32,000 nt of DNA. Source: Deinococcus radiodurans R1 = ATCC 13939 = DSM 20539. Its GTDB lineage: Bacteria > Deinococcota > Deinococci > Deinococcales > Deinococcaceae. The translations under genes were made by a program, and so were the position numbers. The notes under the pieces were generated by a model, which worked only from the letters and a program-made list of their open reading frames with translations, was not told the DNA's origin and made no database searches. The stretch lies in contig NC_001263.1 of assembly GCF_000008565.1 (NCBI RefSeq), positions 2,616,639-2,648,638 of the forward strand. The letters run 5' to 3'. Within the stretch, counting starts at the first letter, position 1. Each line of letters starts with the position of its first letter. Shown one piece after another: positions 16,981 through 25,627 of the stretch.

Positions 16981-17023
16981 GGCGTCACTATAGGCGCCGG
17001 GGCACAGGTCTCAATCCCAGGAC

Positions 17024-18022
17024 TCAGGCCGGGCGCAGTTCGCCGCTCCGCAGCTGCCGTTCGATTTCGGCCACCGCGTGGTCGGCATGAAAGCGGCCAT
17101 TTTCGATAAAGACCTGATTGGTCTTGCCGGCAAAGCCCGCGCTGCCCACCACGAAGAGGCCGGGCACGCTGCTCTCGTAGTTCTCGGTCAGCACCAGGCA
17201 CTCGTCAGGCTGCGTGGCGAGGTTCAGCCCGTCCAGGAACGACAGGTCGGGGCGGTAGCCGGTCAGCGCGAAGGTGAAGTCGGTGGGCAGCTCGAAGGTG
17301 CGGCCGTCCTCGCCCTGCACGACCACGTGCTCGGGGTGAATCTCGACCACCCGCGAGTTGAAGTGGGCATGGATGCTGCCTTCCTTGATGCGGTTTTCGA
17401 GGTCGGGCCGCACCCAGTACTTGATGGTGCTCTTGAGTTCGGGAGCGCGGACCACCATGGTCACGTTCACGCCGCTGCGCCACAGGTCGAGCGCGGCGTC
17501 GGCGGCCGAGTTGCCCGCGCCGATGACGGTCACGTTCAGGCCCATGAAGGGGTGGGCCTCGGTGTAGTAGTGGCTGACGTTTTCGCTGTCCTCACCGGGA
17601 ATGCCCATACTCAGCGGGTTGTCGTAGTAGCCGGTCGCCACCACCACGCGCCGCGCTTCCACCACGCCGGGCGTACCGTCCTGCGCCTCGATTTCGAGGG
17701 TGAAGCCCGCCGGGGCCGCGTGCACCTTATTCACGGTGGTGTACTGCCGCACGTTCAGGTTCTCACGCTGCGTGACGAGGCGGTAGTACATCAGCGCGTC
17801 ACGGCGGTCGGGCTTGTCGTGCCCGGTCACGAAGGGGTGGTTGCCGATTTCGAGTTCGGGAGCAGTGGTAAAAAAGCCCATGTAGGTGGGGTACTCAAAA
17901 ATCGCGTTGACCACGCAGCCCTTTTCCAGCACCACGTAACTCAGGCCCGCGCGCTTGCATCCGATGGCGGCGGCCAGACCCACCGGCCCGGCTCCGACGA
18001 TTGCCACGTCATAAAGACTCAT
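17024..18022 (-). CDS. ypdA: YpdA-family FAD/NAD(P)-dependent oxidoreductase (putative bacillithiol disulfide reductase)
   Basis: [16 protein letters not shown] (FAD-binding GxGxxG), [15 protein letters not shown] (second dinucleotide site), [16 protein letters not shown] and [15 protein letters not shown] align by recall along the whole length with Bacillus YpdA. TG-n-CACAAT (complement of 18029-18037) lies 6 nt before the ATG. Confidence 0.75.
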   Translation of the reverse strand: MSLYDVAIVGAGPVGLAAAIGCKRAGLSYVVLEKGCVVNAIFEYPTYMGFFTTAPELEIGNHPFVTGHDKPDRRDALMYYRLVTQRENLNVRQYTTVNKVHAAPAGFTLEIEAQDGTPGVVEARRVVVATGYYDNPLSMGIPGEDSENVSHYYTEAHPFMGLNVTVIGAGNSAADAALDLWRSGVNVTMVVRAPELKSTIKYWVRPDLENRIKEGSIHAHFNSRVVEIHPEHVVVQGEDGRTFELPTDFTFALTGYRPDLSFLDGLNLATQPDECLVLTENYESSVPGLFVVGSAGFAGKTNQVFIENGRFHADHAVAEIERQLRSGELRPA

Positions 18023-18088
18023 GGCCCTATTGTGTCAGCCTGCGCCCCGGTGCACCGTGACCCGCCTGCCCCTGCTAGTTTGAGAGCC

Positions 18089-18601
18089 ATGCCGGGTGCG
18101 CGTTGGTTGTCGGGAGTGGTGCTGGGTGGGCTGTCGCTGGGCCTGATGGCCTGTGGCCCCAAAGACATCGAGGGGCTGCGAACCGCTGACTATCTCGGCG
18201 GAGACCAGCGCAGCGGCGTGCTGACCTACAGAGAGACCCCGCCGATGGGCGGCCCCTACAACCCGCTGTGGCAGACCTGCGCCGCCTACGCCCAGCCGGT
18301 CTACAACGAGTACGCCGTCCACAGCCTTGCGCGGGGCGCGGTGTGGGTGACTTACCGCCCTGGCCTGGACGCCGCCGAGCTGGACAAGCTAAAGGCCCTG
18401 CTCGCCGGGCAGCCTGCCGCGCTGCTCAGCCCGTATCCCAACCTGCCCGCGCCCGTCGTGATGACGGCCTGGAATCGCCAGCTCAGCGCCCAGACCGCCG
18501 ACGACCCCCGCCTGACCCGCTTCCTCAAAGAAATCTTGCCCGAGAACAGTGCCCCAGAGAAGGGCAGCCCGTGCGCCAGGGGTTTCGGCGGCACCCGCTA
18601 G
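18089..18601 (+). CDS. DUF3105-domain lipoprotein
   Basis: This is the last 170 codons of track ORF 17078..18601; the rest is antisense to ypdA. The signal peptide has lipobox [13 protein letters not shown]...[15 protein letters not shown]...LSPYP...VVMTAWNR matches the DUF3105 pattern by recall. TG-n-TAGTTT (18073-18081) lies 7 nt before the ATG. Confidence 0.7.
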   Translation: MPGARWLSGVVLGGLSLGLMACGPKDIEGLRTADYLGGDQRSGVLTYRETPPMGGPYNPLWQTCAAYAQPVYNEYAVHSLARGAVWVTYRPGLDAAELDKLKALLAGQPAALLSPYPNLPAPVVMTAWNRQLSAQTADDPRLTRFLKEILPENSAPEKGSPCARGFGGTR

Positions 18602-18606
18602 CCTGC

Positions 18607-18673
18607 ATAGCCTTGACGGGGGCTGCATAGGCCGCTATATTGTTCAGCATCACCGCCCAAGAGGCGGTTTTTT
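18607..18673 (+). repeat. small non-coding repeat, copy A (contains terminator hairpin)
   Basis: The sequence atagccttgacgggggctgcataggccgctatattgttcagcatcaccgcccaagaggcggtttttt is the reverse complement of 21630-21697, with 3 substitutions and 1 indel. An embedded hairpin, accgcc (18652-18657) with ggcggt (18663-18668), plus a T6 run can terminate the DUF3105 gene. Confidence 0.85.
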
Positions 18674-19899
18674 CATGCCATCTTCCCGAGTTCCTCGGCA
18701 ATTTGCGGCAGCGCACCGGCCTGACCGATACGCCGCTGGCCGTCGCGCACCGCCGTCGTGCGCTGAGGGCCACCGAGCAGCTCACGCACTGCCTGAGCGG
18801 CGGCGGACGCCTCCGGGCGGGTCAACGTGAGCGCCGCGCCGAGGAGCCGCTGCTGCCGCACCGCGAAGCCGGGGACATACTGCGGTCCGGCGGTGGGAAA
18901 CCCGACCACCGGCACGCCCAGACCCGCCGCCTGCTCGTTGGCGGTGCCCGCCGTGCCGAGCGCCACCCCGCCCGAGGCAGCCGCTGCGTGAAGAATCGTA
19001 GAGAAGCTTGCGCGCAGAAGCCACACACTGCACGTGCCCCGGCGGGCGAGCACGCCCCACTCGCCGCGCTCCTCAAGCGTCCAACCGAGCAGCGGCGGCA
19101 GTTCGTCAAAGGGCCGGGGCCAGGCCACCAGCGCCTGCATGTCCGGCAGGGCGCAGGCGGCGCCGAGCATGACGGGCAGCGAGGTCTGGGCGTCGCCGCG
19201 CTGCCCCGGTAGCAGCGCCAGCACCGGCACGCCCGTCAGCAGCGGCGCCAGGTCACGCTCAGGAGCCGGCAGGATGTCGAGCGCGAAGCTGCCCCGGTAG
19301 GCGGCATTGACCCCCCGGCGGGCCAGATGACGGGCCGAGGCCGCGTCGCGCGTGTACACCCGCCAGGCGCGGCGGCCCAGCGCAAGCTCCCAGGGCATAA
19401 AGACGTTGGCGCCCAGCGCATTGAGTTCACGCAGGTGCCCGCCCAGCGTCATGCCCTCGCCGTAGAGGACCGACACCAGCGGCTGCACATGCACCAGCGG
19501 CAGACGCGGGCGGGCCAGTGCCCCCGGAATCTGCCGGGCCGCCAGCGTGCCCACCCCCAGCGCGTAGGTGTCGCCCACCACGACCACCCGCTCCAGCGCG
19601 GGCCCCTGGGTGCGGGCGGCCAGCCACTGCCCCAGTGACTTTTGCACCAGTCCGGCGCGCAGGTCGGCCCGCAGGTTGTCCAGGCTGCCGAAGGGAAACC
19701 CGCCCGAGGGCATGTCGAGCAGTGGCCCAGCAGTTTCCGCGAGCCCGGCATAGGCCCCGCCCGCCCCTACGAGCGGCAGCGCGAGGAGTGGCTGGTCTGG
19801 GCGGCGCCGACGCAGCTCACGGGCCAGCGCTGCCCCGATCAGGTCTTCGGCATGGCCGTTGGACACGAGCAGGGTAGCGGGCGCAACAGTCAGCGGCAT
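18673..19899 (-). CDS. lipid-A-disaccharide synthase-related (LpxB-like) glycosyltransferase family protein
   Basis: 408 aa from the ATG at 19899 (MPLTVAPATLLVSNGHAEDLIGAALAREL...). The LLVSNGHxEDxIG N-terminus and the C-terminal GTAGTANEQAAGLGVPVV Rossmann-like segment resemble the LpxB-related family, by recall only. The 82 upstream codons of the track ORF overlap the esterase gene and are discarded. TACTCT (complement of 19907-19912) lies 7 nt before the ATG. Confidence 0.5.
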   Translation of the reverse strand: MPLTVAPATLLVSNGHAEDLIGAALARELRRRRPDQPLLALPLVGAGGAYAGLAETAGPLLDMPSGGFPFGSLDNLRADLRAGLVQKSLGQWLAARTQGPALERVVVVGDTYALGVGTLAARQIPGALARPRLPLVHVQPLVSVLYGEGMTLGGHLRELNALGANVFMPWELALGRRAWRVYTRDAASARHLARRGVNAAYRGSFALDILPAPERDLAPLLTGVPVLALLPGQRGDAQTSLPVMLGAACALPDMQALVAWPRPFDELPPLLGWTLEERGEWGVLARRGTCSVWLLRASFSTILHAAAASGGVALGTAGTANEQAAGLGVPVVGFPTAGPQYVPGFAVRQQRLLGAALTLTRPEASAAAQAVRELLGGPQRTTAVRDGQRRIGQAGALPQIAEELGKMA

Positions 19900-19927
19900 G
19901 ACGGCCAGAGTAGCGTCTGGGGCGTCA

Positions 19928-19978
19928 AGAGCCGCCTGGCGCGTCTCCGCTTTCCCGGGAGACCCGGCAGGCGGCTCT
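19928..19978. promoter_or_regulatory. nested palindrome in divergent promoter region (candidate operator or 5' UTR hairpin)
   Basis: A perfect 11-bp inverted repeat, agagccgcctg (19928-19938) with caggcggctct (19968-19978), encloses a second inverted repeat, gtctcc (19943-19948) with ggagac (19958-19963). The right arm abuts the esterase SD GGGGAGAG. Confidence 0.4.
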
Positions 19979-19990
19979 GGGGAGAGTCCT

Positions 19991-21613
19991 ATGAACAGAG
20001 CCGTTACCCTGCTCGCTGCCCTGAGTTTGTCCGCCTCGCTGGGGCCTTCAGCCCTGGCGCAGAGCGCACCCGTTTCGACGTCTGCTACTCCTGCGTCTAC
20101 TGCGGCCCCGGCTGCTCCCGCCCGCGTGCAGGCCCCCGCCGGCACCTTCGTGGGCCAGGACCGGGCCGGCGTGCGCTCCTGGCTGGGGATTCCCTACGCC
20201 CAGCCGCCCGTCGGCGACGCCCGCTGGCAGCCGCCCCGCGCCCTGCCCGCATCCCAGGCCGAGCGCACGACCACCCAGCCCGGCGCGGCGTGCGTGCAAA
20301 CGCTCAGCGTGCCGGGGATGGACAAACAGGTGCGCGGCGCCGAGGACTGCCTGTTTCTGAATGTCTACGCCCCTACCAACGCGCAAAAAGCCCCGGTGAT
20401 GGTCTGGATTCACGGCGGCAGCTTTCAGATGGGCGCGGGCAGCGACTACGACCTGAGCGTGCTCGCGCGTGAACAGGGTGTGGTGGCGGTCAGCCTGAAC
20501 TACCGCCTGGGGGCGCTCGGTTTCCTGGCGACCCCGGCGCTCGACACCGCGCAGGGCACGGCGGGCAATCTGGGCCTGCTCGACCAGCAGCTCGCGCTAA
20601 AGTGGGTGCGGGACAACATCGCCGCGTTCGGGGGCGACGCACAGAACGTGACCGTGTTCGGCGAATCGGCTGGCGGCATGAGCATCTGCGCCCAGCTCGC
20701 CTCCCCCGGCGCGGCGGGCCTGTTCGACAAAGCCATCATCCAGAGCGGCCCGTGCACGGCCCCCGGCATCATGCAGAGCCGCGCCGAGGCGTACAACCTG
20801 GGCTCGCGGTTTGCAGCAGCCGTGGGCTGTGACCCCGCCGACGCCGCCTGCCTGCGCGCCGTGCCCGCCGACAAGCTGGTGCTGACCCGCTCGCCGAACG
20901 CCGCTTTTCCGGGTGCCGTGCCGTTTCCGCCGGTCTACGGCGACAGCACCGTGCCCCGCGCGCCCGCCGAGGTGCTGCGTCAGGGCCAGAACGCCGTGCC
21001 GCTGCTCATCGGCACCAACCTGAACGAAGGCACCCTCTTCGCCGCCTTCGTGGGCGACCCCCGGCGCGACCTTAACGCCGCCGAGTTCCTGGGCCTGAAC
21101 GCCGTGCTCAACGGGCCCAACGCCCCGCGTGCCCTGCTCGCCTACAACAGCCGCACCTCCGGCACCCGTACCCAGGCCGCCGCCGCGAGTGCCACCGACA
21201 GCCTCTTTGCCTGCCCCAGCAGCAACCTCGCCCGCGACATCAGCCGCTTTACGCCGGTCTATAGCTACGAATTCCGCGACCCCAACCCGCCCCGCCCTGC
21301 GCAGTTGCGGCCCACGGTGGGTGTGCCGTCGTTCGGCGCCTTCCACGGCTCGGAAATCGTGAGCGTGACGGGCACCCCGTCCGGCCTGGGCAACCCCAGC
21401 GACTTCACGCCCGCTCAGGCTGAGCTGTCGCGCACCATGCAGACCTACTGGGCCAATTTCGCCCGCACCGGCAACCCCAACGGCGCCGGCTTGCCGCAGT
21501 GGGCTGCCTTCACCACCGAGCAGCCCCAGGTGCTAGGCCTGGCCCCCGGCGAGGTGACCCCCGTGCAGGACTTCCGCGCCGAGCACCACTGCGACACCAT
21601 CTGGCGGCCCTGA
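19991..21613 (+). CDS. secreted type-B carboxylesterase/lipase (para-nitrobenzyl esterase-like)
   Basis: ATG at 19991 after GGGGAGAG. Signal peptide MNRAVTLLAALSLSASLGPSALA, then an Ala/Pro/Thr linker. Family motifs are WLGIPYAQPPVG, EDCLFLNVYAP, VMVWIHGGSF, and the nucleophile elbow FGESAGG. Confidence 0.85.
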   Translation: MNRAVTLLAALSLSASLGPSALAQSAPVSTSATPASTAAPAAPARVQAPAGTFVGQDRAGVRSWLGIPYAQPPVGDARWQPPRALPASQAERTTTQPGAACVQTLSVPGMDKQVRGAEDCLFLNVYAPTNAQKAPVMVWIHGGSFQMGAGSDYDLSVLAREQGVVAVSLNYRLGALGFLATPALDTAQGTAGNLGLLDQQLALKWVRDNIAAFGGDAQNVTVFGESAGGMSICAQLASPGAAGLFDKAIIQSGPCTAPGIMQSRAEAYNLGSRFAAAVGCDPADAACLRAVPADKLVLTRSPNAAFPGAVPFPPVYGDSTVPRAPAEVLRQGQNAVPLLIGTNLNEGTLFAAFVGDPRRDLNAAEFLGLNAVLNGPNAPRALLAYNSRTSGTRTQAAAASATDSLFACPSSNLARDISRFTPVYSYEFRDPNPPRPAQLRPTVGVPSFGAFHGSEIVSVTGTPSGLGNPSDFTPAQAELSRTMQTYWANFARTGNPNGAGLPQWAAFTTEQPQVLGLAPGEVTPVQDFRAEHHCDTIWRP

Positions 21614-21629
21614 GCCGTGAGCAGGCAAT

Positions 21630-21697
21630 AAAAAAGCCGCCTCTTGGGCGGTGATGCTGAACAATATAGCGGACTATGCAGCCTTCGTCAAGGCTAT
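21630..21697 (-). repeat. small non-coding repeat, copy B (inverted relative to copy A)
   Basis: The sequence aaaaaagccgcctcttgggcggtgatgctgaacaatatagcggactatgcagccttcgtcaaggctat is the reverse complement of copy A. The hairpin plus U-tract reads as a terminator only on the minus strand. Confidence 0.85.
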
Positions 21698-21858
21698 TCA
21701 CGAAGCCGCCGCTTCCCTGACCGGAGGCGGCGGCTTTGCCTTGCAAATTTGAGTGGGATTGAAGAGGCTAGCCCTTCTCAAACCTTCCCCCTTGCTGAGA
21801 AGCAAAGCGGGCAAGCTCACAGCAGTAACGGCGCGGGCAAGAGACAGGGTAAAGAGAG

Positions 21859-21937
21859 AAATAAAAAATCCGCCCTTCTCGGACGGTGATAAAAATAGAA
21901 TAAGGCGATATGCGGGTTTTGTCAAACTTATGCGGAT
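21859..21937 (-). repeat. diverged third copy of the same repeat family
   Basis: The sequence aataaaaaatccgcccttctcggacggtgataaaaatagaataaggcgatatgcgggttttgtcaaacttatgcgg aligns with copy B (aataaaaaagccgcc-tcttgggcggtgatgctgaacaatatagcggactatgcagccttcgtcaaggctattcacg) at roughly two-thirds identity, in the same orientation. Confidence 0.45.
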
Positions 21938-21991
21938 GTGCCGGTTTTTGCCGTGTAGGACGCTTCAAAATCTGAGAAACTCGAACCTTAT

Positions 21992-22025
21992 GCAAAGAAG
22001 AACCGCCCCCCAGACTGGGAAGCGG
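21992..22025 (-). terminator. intrinsic terminator downstream of fumC
   Basis: On the minus strand, CCGCTTCCC pairs with GGGGGGCGG (two G-U pairs) around loop AGTCT. It is followed by TTCTTCTTTG. Confidence 0.5.
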
Positions 22026-22043
22026 CGCTTCTGTGCGCTCGGC

Positions 22044-23438
22044 TCAGTTGTGAGTCATGCCCAGCGGCACGACCCACTGGGCGAATTCGTCCTCGGTCAC
22101 GTAGCCCAGGGCCAGCGCGGCGTCCTTGAGGCTGGTGCCTTCCTTGTGGGCCTTCTTGGCAATCGCGGCAGCCTTGTCGTAGCCGATGTGGCGATTGAGG
22201 GCGGTCACCTGCATCAGGTTCTTGTCGAGGTTTTCCTTGATCTTGGCCTCGTTGGGCTGGATGCCCACCGCGCAGTGGTCGTTGAAGGCCAGGCAGGCGT
22301 CGGAAATCAGGCGAATGCTTTCCAGCACGGCGTGAACCATCACTGGCTTGAACACGTTCAGCTGGAAGTTGCCCTGGCTGCCGGCAAAAGCGACGGTGGC
22401 GTCGTTGCCGAACACGCGGGTGGCGACCATCGTCATGGCCTCACTCTGGGTGGGGTTCACCTTGCCGGGCATGATGCTGGAGCCGGGCTCGTTCTCGGGA
22501 ATGGTGATTTCGCCGATGCCGTTGCGCGGGCCGCTCGCCAGCCAGCGCACGTCGTTCGCCATCTTCATCAGGGCGCCGGCCAGGGTACGCAGGGCCGCCG
22601 AGGTCTGCACCAGCGCGTCGTGGGCGCTCAGGGCGGCGAACTTGTTCTCGGCGCTGCGGAAGTGGTAGCCGGTTTCTTCTTCGTACTTCTTGGCGGCCAG
22701 ATCACCGAATTTGGGGTGCGCGTTCAGGCCGGTGCCCACGGCGGTGCCGCCGATGGCGAGGTCGAGCAGGCCTTCGCCCGCGTGCTTGACTTCGGACAGC
22801 GCGTAGTCGAGTTGCGCCACCCAGCCGCCGATTTCCTGCCCCAGCGTGATGGGCGTGGCGTCTTGCAGGTGGGTGCGGCCCACTTTCACGAGGTCCTTGT
22901 ACTGCTCGGCCTTGGCGTGCAGGGTGTCGCGCAGCTTGCCGACCGCGCCGTACAGCCGCTCGTTGAGTTCCAGCACCACCGCGATGTGCATGGCAGTGGG
23001 GAAGGTGTCGTTGGAGCTCTGGCCGCGGTTCACGTGGTCGTTGGGGTGGACCGGCTTCTTGCTGCCCATTTCGCCGCCGGCGAGTTCGATGGCGCGGTTG
23101 GAAATCACCTCGTTGGCGTTCATGTTGCTCTGGGTGCCCGAGCCGGTCTGGAACACTACCAGCGGAAAGTGTTCGTCGAGTTTGCCGGCAATCACTTCGT
23201 CGGCGGCCTTCACGATGAGGTCGGCCACGTCGGCGGGCAGTTCACCGAGTTCGGCGTTGGCCTGCGCCGCGCCCTTTTTCAGGATGCCCAGCGCCCGGAT
23301 GACGGGGCGGCCCCACACGAAGGTGTCGCGCCCAATCGGGAAGTTGTGGATGCTGCGCTCGGTCTGTGCGCCCCAGTAGCGGCTGGCGTCCACGTCCATC
23401 TTGCCCATCGTGTCGGTTTCTTGGCGGGTTTTGGTCAT
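22044..23438 (-). CDS. fumC: class II fumarate hydratase
   Basis: Track ORF of 464 aa with the [16 protein letters not shown] signature loop, [14 protein letters not shown] and [20 protein letters not shown] (complement of 23448-23453) lies 9 nt before the ATG. Confidence 0.95.
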   Translation of the reverse strand: MTKTRQETDTMGKMDVDASRYWGAQTERSIHNFPIGRDTFVWGRPVIRALGILKKGAAQANAELGELPADVADLIVKAADEVIAGKLDEHFPLVVFQTGSGTQSNMNANEVISNRAIELAGGEMGSKKPVHPNDHVNRGQSSNDTFPTAMHIAVVLELNERLYGAVGKLRDTLHAKAEQYKDLVKVGRTHLQDATPITLGQEIGGWVAQLDYALSEVKHAGEGLLDLAIGGTAVGTGLNAHPKFGDLAAKKYEEETGYHFRSAENKFAALSAHDALVQTSAALRTLAGALMKMANDVRWLASGPRNGIGEITIPENEPGSSIMPGKVNPTQSEAMTMVATRVFGNDATVAFAGSQGNFQLNVFKPVMVHAVLESIRLISDACLAFNDHCAVGIQPNEAKIKENLDKNLMQVTALNRHIGYDKAAAIAKKAHKEGTSLKDAALALGYVTEDEFAQWVVPLGMTHN

Positions 23439-23445
23439 AGCGCTT

Positions 23446-24114
23446 TCAGTTTACGGCGTTTGAAGATTCGACTTTATGGAGCGCGCGGAGTGCTGCCCCG
23501 AGTCGCCAGAACCACAACAGGCCCAGCGTGAGCGTGAGGCCAAGTCCCCAGGTGTCGTTCCCTCCTTGCGGTGGGTGCCGCAGGGCCAGGCAAAGCAGCA
23601 TGACCATGCTGCCCCAACCGCTCAGCCCCCACGCCACCAGCACCCGCGCCAGCCCCCCGAGCCGCAGGGCAGCGATCAGAAACCAGCGCAGAGTCGGCAC
23701 GACCAGAACCAGGCCAAGCACGCTCATCAGCGCCACATTCGGTGTAAAAAATTCGCGAAACAGAGAAAACAGCATGGGCAAAAGCACCACCACGCCAGAG
23801 CGCCCGAACTCACTTTCCTCGAACACCGCCCGCCGCCAGCCTGCCGCGCTGAGGGCGTAGCCGGGATGCAGCAGCCCCCTATCGGTCACGGTCAGGTGGG
23901 CTTTTCTGAAAGCGTCGTTGGCCCGGTGCGGGTCACCCCATTCGCGCAACACGTCTTCGACGCTCTCACCCGCGTCCACGGCATCGTCCAGATGGGCCAG
24001 ATGTTCAGCCCTGACCCGCTCGGCGGCTTGCGGCGCGAGGCCATGCGTGGCGATTTCCAGCCAGAGCTTCGGCGTCAGCGGGGCGCTCCAGTGGGGGTGA
24101 ATGTTCCAGGCCAT
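23446..24114 (-). CDS. membrane protein partnered with PadR (DUF1700/HAAS-like architecture)
   Basis: A soluble helical N-terminal roughly 90 aa ([39 protein letters not shown]) is followed by about four TM helices. The start lies 1 nt after the PadR stop. Confidence 0.6.
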   Translation of the reverse strand: MAWNIHPHWSAPLTPKLWLEIATHGLAPQAAERVRAEHLAHLDDAVDAGESVEDVLREWGDPHRANDAFRKAHLTVTDRGLLHPGYALSAAGWRRAVFEESEFGRSGVVVLLPMLFSLFREFFTPNVALMSVLGLVLVVPTLRWFLIAALRLGGLARVLVAWGLSGWGSMVMLLCLALRHPPQGGNDTWGLGLTLTLGLLWFWRLGAALRALHKVESSNAVN

Positions 24115-24115
24115 C

Positions 24116-24427
24116 TCAACCTCCCCCCACGACCGCGCCCACCGCCTGCGTCTGGCGCTGCCACTCGCCCCGCGCCCGTGCCAGAGCCGTGCGCCCCGCG
24201 TCTGTCAGGCGGTACTCACGGCGGGTGCGGCCCCTGACGTCTACCTCGCTGCTCTCCACCAGACCTTCCTTTTCCAGCAGGTGCAGCGCGGGGTACAGGC
24301 TGCCCTCTTTGGCCGTCAATACCCCTTCAGAGCGGGCTTTAATCGCCTGGGCGATGGCGTAGCCGTGTTCGGGCTGACGGTCCAGCACCGCCAGAATCAG
24401 CAGGCGCAGTTGCTCTTTGGTGTTCAT
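24116..24427 (-). CDS. PadR-family transcriptional regulator
   Basis: 103 aa from the ATG at 24427: LRLLILAVLDRQPEHGYAIAQAIKARSEGVLTAKEGSLYPALHLLEKEGLVES...REYRLTDAG is the canonical PadR winged helix. The 27 upstream codons of the track ORF are discarded. Confidence 0.85.
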   Translation of the reverse strand: MNTKEQLRLLILAVLDRQPEHGYAIAQAIKARSEGVLTAKEGSLYPALHLLEKEGLVESSEVDVRGRTRREYRLTDAGRTALARARGEWQRQTQAVGAVVGGG

Positions 24428-24433
24428 GGGGAC

Positions 24434-24462
24434 ACAGTACCTTGAAAGTTTATGTATTGCAA
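24434..24462 (-). promoter_or_regulatory. leaderless promoter of the PadR operon
   Basis: On the minus strand: TTGCAA (24462-24457), a 17-nt spacer, TACTGT (24439-24434), 6 nt, then ATG. The 8-bp palindrome ATTGCAAT (24456-24463) overlaps the -35 and is a possible autoregulatory operator. Confidence 0.55.
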
Positions 24463-24506
24463 TTTGAGGTATTTCACGCCCCCGCCCGGCGCGGTCTACT
24501 GCCCGC

Positions 24507-24836
24507 ATGAACCTAGAACCCTACCAGCAGGCTTCGCCCGAGCGCCTGCGCCTTTACCTGTCCCTCTTCGCCATGGTCGCGCTGACCGTGCTGCTCGGCG
24601 GCCAGCGGACGGGCGACCTCGGCGTGCGCGGCACCCTACGGCGCAGCGCCTTTGCACGCGGCATGTTTGCCGACATCGGGGCCATCAGCACGCTGGGGGC
24701 GCTTTATCTCGTCCTGAACGGCAGAACCTCCGTGCGGGTGCCCGCTGCTATCGCCACGTTGTTTGTCGGAAGTTTTGCGCTGCTGCCCGCACTGGCCTAC
24801 GAAGACTGGGCCGCCATGCAGGAGCGCAGGCAGTGA
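24507..24836 (+). CDS. small hydrophobic protein (109 aa, about 3 TM helices), first gene of the thyA operon
   Basis: The codons are strongly GC3-biased, unlike the two other frames. Hydrophobic segments are [31 protein letters not shown] and [16 protein letters not shown]. The stop overlaps the thyA GTG start (GTGA at 24833-24836). I recognise no family. Confidence 0.5.
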   Translation: MNLEPYQQASPERLRLYLSLFAMVALTVLLGGQRTGDLGVRGTLRRSAFARGMFADIGAISTLGALYLVLNGRTSVRVPAAIATLFVGSFALLPALAYEDWAAMQERRQ

Positions 24837-25627
24837 AACAGTACCTCGATTTTCTCCGCCACATCCGCGACCACGGGACCGACAAGATGGACCGCACCGG
24901 CACCGGCACCCGCTCGGTGTTCGGGTATCAGATGCGCTTCGACCTCTCTGAAGGCTTTCCCCTGGTCACGACCAAGCGGGTGCACCTGAAGTCCATCATC
25001 TACGAGCTGCTGTGGTTTCTGCGCGGCGACAGCAACGTGCGCTGGCTGCAGGAGCACGGCGTGACCATCTGGGACGAATGGGCGCGCGAGGGCGGCGAAC
25101 TCGGGCCGGTCTACGGCGTGCAGTGGAGAAGCTGGCCCGACTATGGCGGCGGGCAGATTGACCAGATTTCGCAGGTCATCGAGCAAATCAAGACGAATCC
25201 GGACTCAAGAAGGCTGATTGTCTCCGCCTGGAACGTGGCGCAGATTGACGAGATGGCCCTCCCCCCCTGCCACCTGCTCTTTCAGTTCTACGTGGCGGAC
25301 GGGAAACTCAGTTGCCAGCTCTACCAGCGCAGCGCCGACAGCTTTCTGGGCGTGCCGTTCAACATCGCCAGTTACGCGCTGCTGACCATGATGGTGGCCC
25401 AGGTCTGCGGCCTCGAACCCGGCGAGTTCATCTGGACGGGTGGCGACTGCCACATCTACAGCAATCACATGGAGCAGGTGGAGCGCCAACTGAAGCGCGA
25501 GCCGAGGCCCTTGCCGAAGATGCGGCTCAATCCCGCAGTCAAAGACATGTTTGCTTTCCAGTACGAGGACTTTACGTTGGAAGGGTACGACCCGCATCCG
25601 GGCATCAAGGCGGAGGTGGCGGTATGA
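24833..25627 (+). CDS. thyA: thymidylate synthase (ThyA)
   Basis: 264 aa from the GTG at 24833: [43 protein letters not shown] (catalytic Cys), [16 protein letters not shown]. The upstream part of the track ORF (24452..) is Arg-rich junk. Confidence 0.95.
   Translation: MKQYLDFLRHIRDHGTDKMDRTGTGTRSVFGYQMRFDLSEGFPLVTTKRVHLKSIIYELLWFLRGDSNVRWLQEHGVTIWDEWAREGGELGPVYGVQWRSWPDYGGGQIDQISQVIEQIKTNPDSRRLIVSAWNVAQIDEMALPPCHLLFQFYVADGKLSCQLYQRSADSFLGVPFNIASYALLTMMVAQVCGLEPGEFIWTGGDCHIYSNHMEQVERQLKREPRPLPKMRLNPAVKDMFAFQYEDFTLEGYDPHPGIKAEVAV

Noticed and set aside
24445-24470. A radiation/desiccation response motif (RDRM) or an ATGT-N8-ACAT PadR box in the PadR promoter. TTATGT occurs at 24450-24455.
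   Set aside because: Only one half-site is present. The expected complementary half (ACRTAA / ACAT) is missing at the right spacing. The ATTGCAAT palindrome is a better operator candidate.
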